The position numbers were made by a program, and so were the translations under genes. From assembly GCA_965219385.1 (NCBI GenBank), contig CBDCNM010000002.1:2784936-2848935 (forward strand): a stretch of 64,000 nucleotides of DNA. The letters are read 5' to 3'. The DNA is from Candidatus Latescibacterota bacterium. Lineage in GTDB: Bacteria; Latescibacterota; UBA2968; UBA8231. Positions 37,931 to 46,969 of the stretch are shown here, piece after piece (position 1 is the stretch's first letter; the number at the start of each line of letters is the position of its first letter). Under the pieces are notes generated by a model. The model was not told the DNA's origin, searched no databases, and saw nothing but the letters and a program-made list of their open reading frames with translations.

Positions 37931-40716
37931 CACTGCACCCCGGCGTAGACCGTGATGAAGCTGACGGCCTCGGTATCGCTCCTGGTATCCCGGTCGAATG
38001 CCCCCGGCTCCACTTCGCGCACCACCTCGGTGCCGATCCGCCCGATGCGCAGGCCGATCTGGGTGGTCAGGCGATACCCCAGGTAGTCCGTGGAATTGGA
38101 GAGCTGCAGGGCCAGATTTCTGGAGCGCAGATCCCCGGTCGGCCCGGTGCTGGCCTGCGCTGCCAGCTCGTCCTCGTCCTGCACCAACTCCCGGAGCCAC
38201 AGCAACTCGACCCCGGCCTGGATCAGGGTGCGCTCGAGTACGGGGAGGTGCCCCAGCAGCTGCGCTGTGCCGCTCCACTCCACGCGTTTATCCCCTCCCT
38301 GCTGGAAGGCCGTCTGGCGCCGGTACTCGCTCTTGAACCTGGGCTGCAGGTCGAGGCGTCCCAGCCCGTACTCATAGTCGAGTTTGTTGATCAGCCCGAC
38401 AAAGCTGGCATTTTCCGCCAGCAGGCGGCCGTCGCTGGCGCGCAGCCCGTCCTGGTTCTGGTGGAAGATTTCGCACTTGAACTTGTTGATCAGGTTGAGG
38501 CGGGGGATGCCCCTGTAGGCGAAGCCGAGATAGGCGGTGTTGATCCAGGTATCCTGGGCCGGCAGCAGGTCCTGCACCAGGGGCCGGGCCACGGCCCCCA
38601 GGATGAAGGCCGTGGACTCGCGGCGGTCATCCGGAATGCTATCCTCGGAGCGTTTGAGCATTTCGAAGGCCTGCAAACGCCCCAGGCCAGGGTAGTCTCT
38701 GTCAAAGGTCAACAGGGCGTAGGTGGTGCGGTTAGCGCGCGCCTCGGACTGCATCTCCTCGTCAATGCGGCCCAGGGTCAGACGCGCTTCCGGCCCTAGG
38801 TGGCCCCCGACAAAGGCATTGTACCCGCGGCGGTCGGTCTTGTAGGGATAGTCGGGCAGGTCGTCGTCTTCGAAGCGGTCGATCCAGTTGTTGTTGTTGG
38901 CGTCAATCCCGAAGAGGAATTCGGGCCGGTCGACCTCGTAGCGCAGGAAGGGCTCCTCATAGTCCGGGATGGCATTGGGCACCGAGGGGGTGTCGTTCTG
39001 GTTGAAGTCCGAGATGAAGTCGTTGTTCTCGTCCCAGCCCGGGAAGACCCGCCCGTCTCGTGACTGGCTGGCGCGCCGCCAGTCCGGGGTGCGGTCTTGG
39101 TCGTCGTTGTCTTCGACGAACTCGTAGAAGTGGCGCTCGTCGTTGTCGTAGAGTACATCCCCGTTGGCGTTGGTCAGAAAGGCGGTGGTGGAATAGTCTT
39201 CGTCGAAGGCATAGACCTCGGCAAAGCCGAACCAGGGGTAGATCCGCCTGGAGAGGTTGAAGTGCCACGCGTCCGCTTGCGCGGAGGAGATCTTGTGGTT
39301 CTCGCCCGCGTTGAAGAGGGCGGCGTTGGGGTACTGGGAATAGCGCTTGTTGCGGTCCCACTCGCCGTAGAAATCAAACCCCAGGAGATCGGTCCCCGCG
39401 ATGGTGAACCCGCCCACCAGGTTGCCGGTGGGCAAGCCGTAATCGAACTGGACCCGCTGCAAATTCGAAATATCCTTCACGTTTCCCGGCGCCTGGCGCA
39501 CCTTCAAAAGCGCAGGCTCGAAATCGTCGATGATTTCAGCACTGAGCGGCGGCGTAGGGATGGGGTTCAATCCGGTCTGCCGGTCCGACCACATCTCTAT
39601 CTTGAAGTCGTTGGCCAGGATATAATCGAACTCCACCTTGACGATGGAGGTCGGGTCCGGGCCGATATAGGCCGGGTCTGCAAAGTCGTAGTTGAGCACG
39701 ATGCGCTCCAGACCGTTGGCCGCCACAAAGCCGCTACGGTCGACCCCGCCGAAGACCACGGGCCACTCGTCGCCCGCCCGCACCACCTCCTGAAGGGCGG
39801 ACATGGTCTCCAGGCCGGTCTCGAAATCCCGGCTGACGATCCGCACATCGTGGCGGAACAGGGCGGCGCCTGCCTCGCCGTCTTCCGGGCTGTCGTCGCT
39901 CAGAATCACGGCAATGGCGTTTGTCGGAGTGCTGCTCTGGCCGGCGGTCAGGCTGCCGGCGATCAAATCGCCGCTGAACAGATCCAGCTCGGTATTGGCG
40001 TGGCGGGCGTCCACCAAGGTGGCTCCTACCTCGATGAAATCCCCCAGCTGGACCACGGCGCGCCCCCCGAACAGGCTGGTGGTATTGGTCCGGACCACCG
40101 GTTCCGGGGTGGAGCTGGAAATGGGTTCGCTGACCCGCGAAGCCAGCACGGTCGCCGCGTACTTATCCGACGTGAAATCCATCTGCACCCCGTTGAATCT
40201 GGGTTTGGAAAAGGTCATGGGGGTGAGGGTAGTGCGCAACTGGGTGCCCACGGTGATGGCGTAGTGGTACTGTCCCTTGGCATCGCCGCCAACGGTGACA
40301 TTGCTGAACCAGGAATTGAAGCGGCCATCCTGGAAGATGCCGCTGCCCAGCTGCTGGGGCTGGTTCTGGCGCCAGTCGTAGATCAACCAGCCGCGGCCGA
40401 TGAAATTGCCGTAGAAATCGTAGAAGTAATCCCCTTCGAGGGTGGTGTTGACGTACCGCTGGTAACGATCTTTAGAGTAGTTGGAGTACTCCCACTGGCG
40501 CCAGGCGTAGTCCTGGTAGAGTTCCTGGGGCACGTACCATTTCTTGACGGTCGGATCCAGGGCCCCGAACATCACGCCGGGACCCCTCGGTTCAAAGCTG
40601 ACCTTGCCCCCGCGCTGAAGCCCCAGGCGATCCCCGTAGTTCTGGCCGTGCCCCAGGCCCCCGCCCCCCCCCAGGCACACCAGTACCACAATGGTAAAAT
40701 TCGCAACCCCTTTCAA
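37930..40716 (-). CDS. Putative outer-membrane protein, 928 aa (paralog A)
   Basis: RBS ggagga with TTG start; signal peptide; colinear with paralog B (YGDRLG, ALDPT, PQEL, GWLIYDWRQ, TLTPMTF, DDSPEDG, FDYGLPT); ends FITVYAGVQ. Confidence 0.65.
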   Translation of the reverse strand: MKGVANFTIVVLVCLGGGGGLGHGQNYGDRLGLQRGGKVSFEPRGPGVMFGALDPTVKKWYVPQELYQDYAWRQWEYSNYSKDRYQRYVNTTLEGDYFYDFYGNFIGRGWLIYDWRQNQPQQLGSGIFQDGRFNSWFSNVTVGGDAKGQYHYAITVGTQLRTTLTPMTFSKPRFNGVQMDFTSDKYAATVLASRVSEPISSSTPEPVVRTNTTSLFGGRAVVQLGDFIEVGATLVDARHANTELDLFSGDLIAGSLTAGQSSTPTNAIAVILSDDSPEDGEAGAALFRHDVRIVSRDFETGLETMSALQEVVRAGDEWPVVFGGVDRSGFVAANGLERIVLNYDFADPAYIGPDPTSIVKVEFDYILANDFKIEMWSDRQTGLNPIPTPPLSAEIIDDFEPALLKVRQAPGNVKDISNLQRVQFDYGLPTGNLVGGFTIAGTDLLGFDFYGEWDRNKRYSQYPNAALFNAGENHKISSAQADAWHFNLSRRIYPWFGFAEVYAFDEDYSTTAFLTNANGDVLYDNDERHFYEFVEDNDDQDRTPDWRRASQSRDGRVFPGWDENNDFISDFNQNDTPSVPNAIPDYEEPFLRYEVDRPEFLFGIDANNNNWIDRFEDDDLPDYPYKTDRRGYNAFVGGHLGPEARLTLGRIDEEMQSEARANRTTYALLTFDRDYPGLGRLQAFEMLKRSEDSIPDDRRESTAFILGAVARPLVQDLLPAQDTWINTAYLGFAYRGIPRLNLINKFKCEIFHQNQDGLRASDGRLLAENASFVGLINKLDYEYGLGRLDLQPRFKSEYRRQTAFQQGGDKRVEWSGTAQLLGHLPVLERTLIQAGVELLWLRELVQDEDELAAQASTGPTGDLRSRNLALQLSNSTDYLGYRLTTQIGLRIGRIGTEVVREVEPGAFDRDTRSDTEAVSFITVYAGVQ

Positions 40717-40733
40717 GAGCTATCCTCCATTCC

Positions 40734-42962
40734 TCAATAAACCACGCCGACCAGCCCCAGGGCGTTTTCCTCTCCCGTCCCGGCTTCGAGCCCAATCCTG
40801 AACACGTACTGTCCCGGCGGCACCACGCGGCCGCTGTCGTCTCTCCCGTCCCAGGGCCGGGCAAAGCGACCGCTTTGATCCCCGTCTTCGTAGAGACGCC
40901 TGACCAGGCGGCCGCTCAGGTCGAAGATATGGATCTTCAGGGGCGTCAAACCCGCGATATTGGTGATGTCGTAGCGCATGAATGACTGGTCGTTGAGACC
41001 GTCTCCATTGGGCGAAAACACCACGGGTTCGGCCCGCACATTGATGAGAAGATCTTTAATCAGGGGCAGGTCCACCGAAAGGTTCTCGGGAATCAAGGTG
41101 CCCGACGGCTGGGTATCTGGATCGTCCACCCCGGCAAAACTCAGGTCCACGGCATTGCCTCCGGCCACGGCCTGCGCCACCGTGGCACTTGCAGCGCTGT
41201 TCAAAGCCCGGCCACTGAAACGGGTAGCAAAGCGCAGCACCGTGCTCCTGAACTCCACGGTAAGAATGGTGCCGTCCTCCTCGATGAGCGGGAACGCCAG
41301 CACGAAACCGTCGTCGCGCACTTCGGTGACGGCAAAGCCGTCGGCGGACGCGGGCAGGCTCTCCGGATCGGCAAAGGAGAAATCGACCTCCCGCACAGTA
41401 CCATCCGGCCTCCTGACCTGGATATGGCCAATGGATGTAACCCGTAGCGGGGTGTCGATCTCGAAGCGGTCGAAGCCCTGGTCCCGTCCGGCCCTGGACT
41501 GATTCAGGACCGCGAATCTAAAGTTCGTCTCCTCTCCCACAGCCGCTGCGCGCGGCAGGATTTCGGCTACGAGCCCCTCGGCGTAGGGAGGGCTTACCAC
41601 GTCGAAGGCCAGGCTGCCGATGCCCGTGGCCGCGTCGAAATCCTGGCTGACAAAATCAATGGCGAACTGGAAGTAGCGCCGGGGTCTGGATTCGACCTCG
41701 ATGGGGATGCCCAAGTCGGCGTCCTCGACCTGTTCCAGGGCGACAATTCCCGCCGCCGGGTACGACGGCGACCAGCCGCTCCAGTTGGTGAGGTCGTCGC
41801 GTATATCCCCTCTGTCCTGCATCCTCAGCTTCTTGTAATCGGCTTCCTCGAGGGTGATGAGGGCCTGCTCTTCGAGCGCCAGTTCCTCGAAGGCCTTGAT
41901 GGCCTCGCTCACTTGGATCTCGCCGTTGTCCAGAGTGGTCTCGATCAAATCCCTGAGCCGGGTATCGTCGACATCCTCGGCCCACTTCCACGGCACCTTC
42001 ACGTCCGGGGTAGGGGTGGGCCGGCCTCCGACGCGGAAAAACTGCTCGGCGGGCGGGCGGATCTTGGTGAACTCCACCGGCTGCGGATCGCGCCCCGTGC
42101 GGCTGCGGATCCGGGCGCTGGAGAAGCCGGATTCGCCCTGCTCTACCTGCACCCAGCGCAGATTCCCCAGCAGGGCCAGATCGCCGAAGTCGAAGATATT
42201 CGACAGGTAGCGCGCCTCGGGCACAAAGCCGGTGCCGAAGACCTGGAACTCGGCGATTTCAAAACCGACCGAGGTCAGCGACCTCAGGCGCACAAAGCGA
42301 ACGTACTGCGGGGGTATGCGGACATCTATCACGGCCTCTTCGTTCTTGTTCTCCAGGACCACGGTACGCCAGATCGGTACTCCCTGGGACTGGTTTTCGG
42401 GGGTGCCGTCGTTGACGAAGATCTCGAACCCTCGCAGGAAGTCGTTCTGGAAGGGGAATTCCGGCGCCGGATAGGCCGGGTCCGCATTGCGCGGAAAAAA
42501 CTTGAAGCGATCGACTCCGAAGCGCGCCCCCAAGTCCATATCGATCTGCAATCCCCTGACCCCGATGCTCCCGCTCCCCACCAGGCCGCGCAAATCCAGG
42601 GCGCTCTTCCCGTCGTCGTCGATGATGCGCCCCAAACCATCCCGAATTTGTATCACATTGGAACCGAGGTCGCCGCCGCGCTCTGCAATCCCCGAGGCGA
42701 TATTGCGGGTCACGTCGGCGCGCTGCGGAAAAATCCAGTTGGGGCGTCCCTCGGGGTTGAAGTCGATGACCCCGCCGAGGGCATTGGTCTGTTCGACGGA
42801 CTGCGCCGTGCGTATCACCACAGCGGGAATGGTGCCTCCCCCGCCCGCCCAGTTGCGCCCCTGGTCCCCGCCCAAGACGATGACTTCCGCCGTACTGAAA
42901 ACAGGGGATAAACCAGGCGCGACACTGCCCGCCAGAACGATCCAAAACAGATGGGGCTTCAT
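40734..42962 (-). CDS. Secreted protein with C-terminal CHU_C/FlgD-Ig-like domain (paralog 3 of 3)
   Basis: Signal peptide MKPHLFWIVLAG...; FSPNGDGLND...IFDLSGRLV...WDGRDDSGRVVPPGQY. Confidence 0.75.
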   Translation of the reverse strand: MKPHLFWIVLAGSVAPGLSPVFSTAEVIVLGGDQGRNWAGGGGTIPAVVIRTAQSVEQTNALGGVIDFNPEGRPNWIFPQRADVTRNIASGIAERGGDLGSNVIQIRDGLGRIIDDDGKSALDLRGLVGSGSIGVRGLQIDMDLGARFGVDRFKFFPRNADPAYPAPEFPFQNDFLRGFEIFVNDGTPENQSQGVPIWRTVVLENKNEEAVIDVRIPPQYVRFVRLRSLTSVGFEIAEFQVFGTGFVPEARYLSNIFDFGDLALLGNLRWVQVEQGESGFSSARIRSRTGRDPQPVEFTKIRPPAEQFFRVGGRPTPTPDVKVPWKWAEDVDDTRLRDLIETTLDNGEIQVSEAIKAFEELALEEQALITLEEADYKKLRMQDRGDIRDDLTNWSGWSPSYPAAGIVALEQVEDADLGIPIEVESRPRRYFQFAIDFVSQDFDAATGIGSLAFDVVSPPYAEGLVAEILPRAAAVGEETNFRFAVLNQSRAGRDQGFDRFEIDTPLRVTSIGHIQVRRPDGTVREVDFSFADPESLPASADGFAVTEVRDDGFVLAFPLIEEDGTILTVEFRSTVLRFATRFSGRALNSAASATVAQAVAGGNAVDLSFAGVDDPDTQPSGTLIPENLSVDLPLIKDLLINVRAEPVVFSPNGDGLNDQSFMRYDITNIAGLTPLKIHIFDLSGRLVRRLYEDGDQSGRFARPWDGRDDSGRVVPPGQYVFRIGLEAGTGEENALGLVGVVY

Positions 42963-43296
42963 CCGTTTTCCACCATACACGTATTGTCAGTACTTGACGA
43001 AATCGGCGGACAGCCGAAAGGGGAATCCCCCACAAAACACCTCCGGCAACATCTCCTTCCGGCCTCGAGCTTGGTGTTCACGTGGTTTCGTTATGCACGG
43101 ATTGCGAAACTTGAAAATTACTCAGCCCTAAAGATTGTGCATCACAAAATTGAAATCAAGTCTTTTCTGAATTGGCAAACCAGAATACAAGGCCGACCTC
43201 GGCCGGGCGAGCGCTTTACTTTTAAAGTGGTTTTTCGTACTGTTTGAAGCTCTGGAATCCCTGCAAACACCTCATCCTTTAGAGGAAGAGTCATCG

Positions 43297-44964
43297 ATGA
43301 AGAAAACCACCCTCGTCCTGCTCGGTTTCCTGCTCGGCTGCGGTCCAACCCAGGACGACCTCGACCCCGTCGTCGCCCAGGTGGGTGATGAGTGGATCAG
43401 GGCCTCTGAGCTGGAGGCCTTTGCCGAGGACATCCCCGATGGCATGAAACAAGGTGGGACTCCCCTGAGGGTCCACCGCAACCTGCTGGAGAGCCTGATC
43501 GACAAGAAACTGCTGCTCGCCGAGGCACGCGCTACAGATACCGAGAACGATCCCTGGTTCATACATAAGATGGAACAAAAGGAAAAAGATCTTCTCATCC
43601 GGCTTTACAGGGTAAAGCACGCCGAAAAATTTCTCATTGACCAAGAAGAGGCGGAAAAGATCTATCGCAAATCCCGCTGGGACCGCGCTCTGCGCTTGGG
43701 GATGATCCTGTTCGAGAACAAAGAACAGGCTCTACAGACCATCGCCGATCTCGAGGCCGGCGCCGACTTCGCGCAGCTGGCCAGGGAGCGCTCCCTGGAC
43801 GAAGAAAGCCGGGAACGCGGCGGCGATGGCGGCACCTACCTGCGCCGGGACCAGATCGAGCCGATTGCCGACCGCATCTTCCACCTGAGTGTGGGCGAGA
43901 TCTCCGCTCCGCTCCCCAAACTCCACAACCAGGAAAAACGCCATGCCGTGCTAAAGATCCTGGATGAGATCCCGGTGCCCTTCGAGGTGGCTGCCCCCGC
44001 CGTCCACAAAGCCCTGATCACCCGCAAAAAAGAGCAGCAATTGAAAACCGTGATCGACTCGCTGAAAGCAAGCTACGCCCTCCGGATACACCACGAAGCG
44101 ATTCAACTATTGATCCGGCTGAACCAGGATTCCGCCACAGACATCTTCGAACTGCCCGAGCCCGAGGCCAGCCGTCCCCTGTGCACCTACAAGGGCGGCC
44201 AGATCACCTTGGACGATCTGCTCCAGGACGCCCGGGCACTCCAGCTGGGACGCCCGGCCCTGAACGACAGCCTGATCGTTTTGGGCCTGCTCAACGAAAC
44301 CGTCATTGCCAGACACCTCTTCCTGGCGGAGGCCCGGGTCCAGGGTCTCGACCAGGACCCCGGTCTGCTGGAAACCCTGGCCAGGGCAAAAGAGGAATTC
44401 CTCCTGGACGCCCTGCGCCGGCGCGAGGTGGACCAGCACGTGGAAGCCTCCGAGGAAGAAATGCGCGAATTTTACGAGGCCCATCCCGAAAAATTCACCG
44501 ACCCCGAAACCACCATAATCGCCGAGATCCTGGTGAAAACCGATTCCCTGGCCTGGCGCCTCAAGACGGCCCTGGAGCAAGGCGCCGACGCCGCCCAGCT
44601 GGCGCGCGAGCATTCCCGGCGCACGGGACTGGCCCACCACCACGACGGCGAGATTCGCCTCAACCTCTACACCAAGGGGTTTTTCCCAGATGTGTACCAG
44701 GCCGTGCAGCAACTAGAGGTCGGGGATATAGGGGGTCCAGTCAAGGTCCGTGAGGGGTATTCAGTGTTCAAGCTCCTGGATCGGGTAGCGAGAAAGAATC
44801 CCTACGACAAAGAATCCCGGCGCCGGGCCAGAGCCTATGTGAGGATCGACAAGAGCAAAAGAGACTACGTGAGCTATGTGCGCGGTCTGCGCGACAAGTA
44901 CCCGGTTGCCATCTTCGACGAAAAGCTGGAAATGGTGATCCGCACCGCTGCTCCTTCAGGGTGA
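43297..44964 (+). CDS. Parvulin-type peptidyl-prolyl isomerase/chaperone lipoprotein (SurA/PrsA-like, two PPIase domains)
   Basis: Lipobox LLGC; VVAQVGDEWI, LESLIDKKLL; ADFAQLARERSLD..GGDGG, VGEISAP; second unit AAQLAREHS, VGDIGGPV..GYSVFK. Confidence 0.88.
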   Translation: MKKTTLVLLGFLLGCGPTQDDLDPVVAQVGDEWIRASELEAFAEDIPDGMKQGGTPLRVHRNLLESLIDKKLLLAEARATDTENDPWFIHKMEQKEKDLLIRLYRVKHAEKFLIDQEEAEKIYRKSRWDRALRLGMILFENKEQALQTIADLEAGADFAQLARERSLDEESRERGGDGGTYLRRDQIEPIADRIFHLSVGEISAPLPKLHNQEKRHAVLKILDEIPVPFEVAAPAVHKALITRKKEQQLKTVIDSLKASYALRIHHEAIQLLIRLNQDSATDIFELPEPEASRPLCTYKGGQITLDDLLQDARALQLGRPALNDSLIVLGLLNETVIARHLFLAEARVQGLDQDPGLLETLARAKEEFLLDALRRREVDQHVEASEEEMREFYEAHPEKFTDPETTIIAEILVKTDSLAWRLKTALEQGADAAQLAREHSRRTGLAHHHDGEIRLNLYTKGFFPDVYQAVQQLEVGDIGGPVKVREGYSVFKLLDRVARKNPYDKESRRRARAYVRIDKSKRDYVSYVRGLRDKYPVAIFDEKLEMVIRTAAPSG

Positions 44965-45006
44965 CCGCTGCACCACGACGGAAATAACTGGTTAGAAACT
45001 TCTGCT

Positions 45007-46857
45007 GTGCTACCCCACTTGTTCGGTTGCGCGACTTTCTGCTATCTGGCCATTCCCCTGTCCATGGCCTTGGGACTTTCCGGTTGCGCCCGGGATAAGC
45101 CGGGCCTCAACCGAGCGCACTTCGCCGAAGCAACCGTCTCCGGCCTCCAGTTCACCCACACCAGCGGTGCCCGGGGAGACTACTTCCTCTTCGAAACCAT
45201 GGGCGCCGGCGCGGCCTTCTTCGACTACGACGACGATGGGTTGGTGGATCTCTACCTGGTGAACGGCTTCGACCTGCCGGCTTGGACCCGCCAGATCGTG
45301 CCCATCAACCTGGCCCGACAGGACCAGGAAGGCTACTGGGTAACAGAAGACTACGCCCCTCCCCTGCGCTTCGAGGGCCAGGCCGACAGCGCCATGTACG
45401 CCCTGTCTCAGGCCACTTCTCAAAATCCACAACGCAACCGGCTCTACCGCAACCAGGGTGGCGGCCGCTTCGCCGACGTCACCCACAAAGCCGGCGTCGG
45501 CGATACCGGGTACGGCATGGGCTGCGCCGTGGGCGACTACGACAACGACGGGCACGCCGACCTCTACGTCACCAACTACGGCCCCAACGCCCTTTATCAC
45601 AATCAGGGCAACGGCCGCTTTGCCGACGTCACCCACAAAGCCGGCGTCGGCGATCCTCACTGGAGCACCAGCGCCGCCTTTGTGGACTACGACCAGGACG
45701 GCGACCTGGACCTCTACGTGGTCAACTACCTGGATTTTACCCTGGAAAACAACCGCATCTGCGGCGGTTTCCTGGACGCGCGCAGCGAAGTGGGCGGCCG
45801 AGTGCGAAAGATCGCGCCGGAGCGGCGCACCTATTGCAGTCCCCGGCGCTACAACGGGGCTCCGGACATACTCTACCGCAATGAGGGCAACGGCCGCTTC
45901 GTTGATATCACCCGAGAGGCCGGGGTCTTCAGCCTCTTCGGCAAGGGTTTGGGGATAACCATCGGCGACCTCGACGACGACGGGGCCATCGACCTCTACA
46001 TCGCCAACGACGGCACCCGGAACTTCCTCTACCGCAACAACGGGGACGGCTCTTTCACCGACAGCGCCCTCCGCGCCGGCGCCGCGTACAATGCTGCGGG
46101 CCAGGCCGAGGCCAGCATGGGGGTGGACGCCGGCGACTTTGACAACGACGGCGACCTGGATCTTTTCGCCACCCATTTTTCCCGCGAGAGCAATACCCTC
46201 TACCGCAACGACGGAGCAAACACCTTCGCGGACATCAGCGAAGAGGCGGGCCTGGCCCAGCCGAGTCTGTCCTTCCTGGGCTTCGGCACCTTCTTCTTCG
46301 ACGCCGACAACGACGGCGACCTGGACCTTTTCGTGGCCAACGGCCATGTCCGCGACCGGGTTCGGTTGATTGAGCCGGACCTGCGCTATGCCCAGAGCAA
46401 CCAGCTCTTCGAGAACACCTCTGCCGGGACATATATCGATGCTTCGGCCTTTAGCGGCCCCATTTTCCAGGATGCCTATGTCTCCCGGGGCGCCGCCTTT
46501 GCCGACATCGACAACGACGGCGATCTGGATATCCTGGTCACCAATTGCAACGGCCCGGCCCGGCTCTACTGCAACCAGTTGGCCTCTCGGGCCCACTGGC
46601 TCTCGCTGCGCCTGATCGGCACCCGCACCAACCGCGATGCCATCGGGGCCCGGGTCCGCCTCACCTGCGGGACCCGCACCCAGGTGCGCGAGGTCCACAC
46701 CAGCGGCACCTATCTTTCCGCCAACGGTGTGCGCCTGCACTTTGGGCTGGGGGACTGCACCGAGGTGGATGGTCTGGAGATCCGCTGGCCGGACGGGAGC
46801 CGGCAGGAAATGCAGCGAGTGCCCGTCGATCGGTTTCTCGTTGTGGAGCAAAGGTAG
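45007..46857 (+). CDS. CRTAC1-family lipoprotein (FG-GAP/VCBS plus ASPIC/UnbV); start uncertain
   Basis: LSGC lipobox; DYDNDGxxDLYV repeats; NRDAIGARV, LHFGLG, IRWPDG. Confidence 0.9.
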   Translation: MLPHLFGCATFCYLAIPLSMALGLSGCARDKPGLNRAHFAEATVSGLQFTHTSGARGDYFLFETMGAGAAFFDYDDDGLVDLYLVNGFDLPAWTRQIVPINLARQDQEGYWVTEDYAPPLRFEGQADSAMYALSQATSQNPQRNRLYRNQGGGRFADVTHKAGVGDTGYGMGCAVGDYDNDGHADLYVTNYGPNALYHNQGNGRFADVTHKAGVGDPHWSTSAAFVDYDQDGDLDLYVVNYLDFTLENNRICGGFLDARSEVGGRVRKIAPERRTYCSPRRYNGAPDILYRNEGNGRFVDITREAGVFSLFGKGLGITIGDLDDDGAIDLYIANDGTRNFLYRNNGDGSFTDSALRAGAAYNAAGQAEASMGVDAGDFDNDGDLDLFATHFSRESNTLYRNDGANTFADISEEAGLAQPSLSFLGFGTFFFDADNDGDLDLFVANGHVRDRVRLIEPDLRYAQSNQLFENTSAGTYIDASAFSGPIFQDAYVSRGAAFADIDNDGDLDILVTNCNGPARLYCNQLASRAHWLSLRLIGTRTNRDAIGARVRLTCGTRTQVREVHTSGTYLSANGVRLHFGLGDCTEVDGLEIRWPDGSRQEMQRVPVDRFLVVEQR

Positions 46858-46969
46858 TTGTCCAGAGTATTTCTCCCTTGAGTACAGGTAGGGCCAATCG
46901 TATCTTAGCGTCCTGGAAATATACCGCCATTACATGCAATACGACCGCACGCTCCCTGGAAAGAAAAGC

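Noticed and set aside
37931..38278. N-terminal extension of the 1096-aa ORF call
   Set aside because: Overlaps the 3' end of the upstream paralog; ATG 37930 gives a signal peptide and a TGATG coupling
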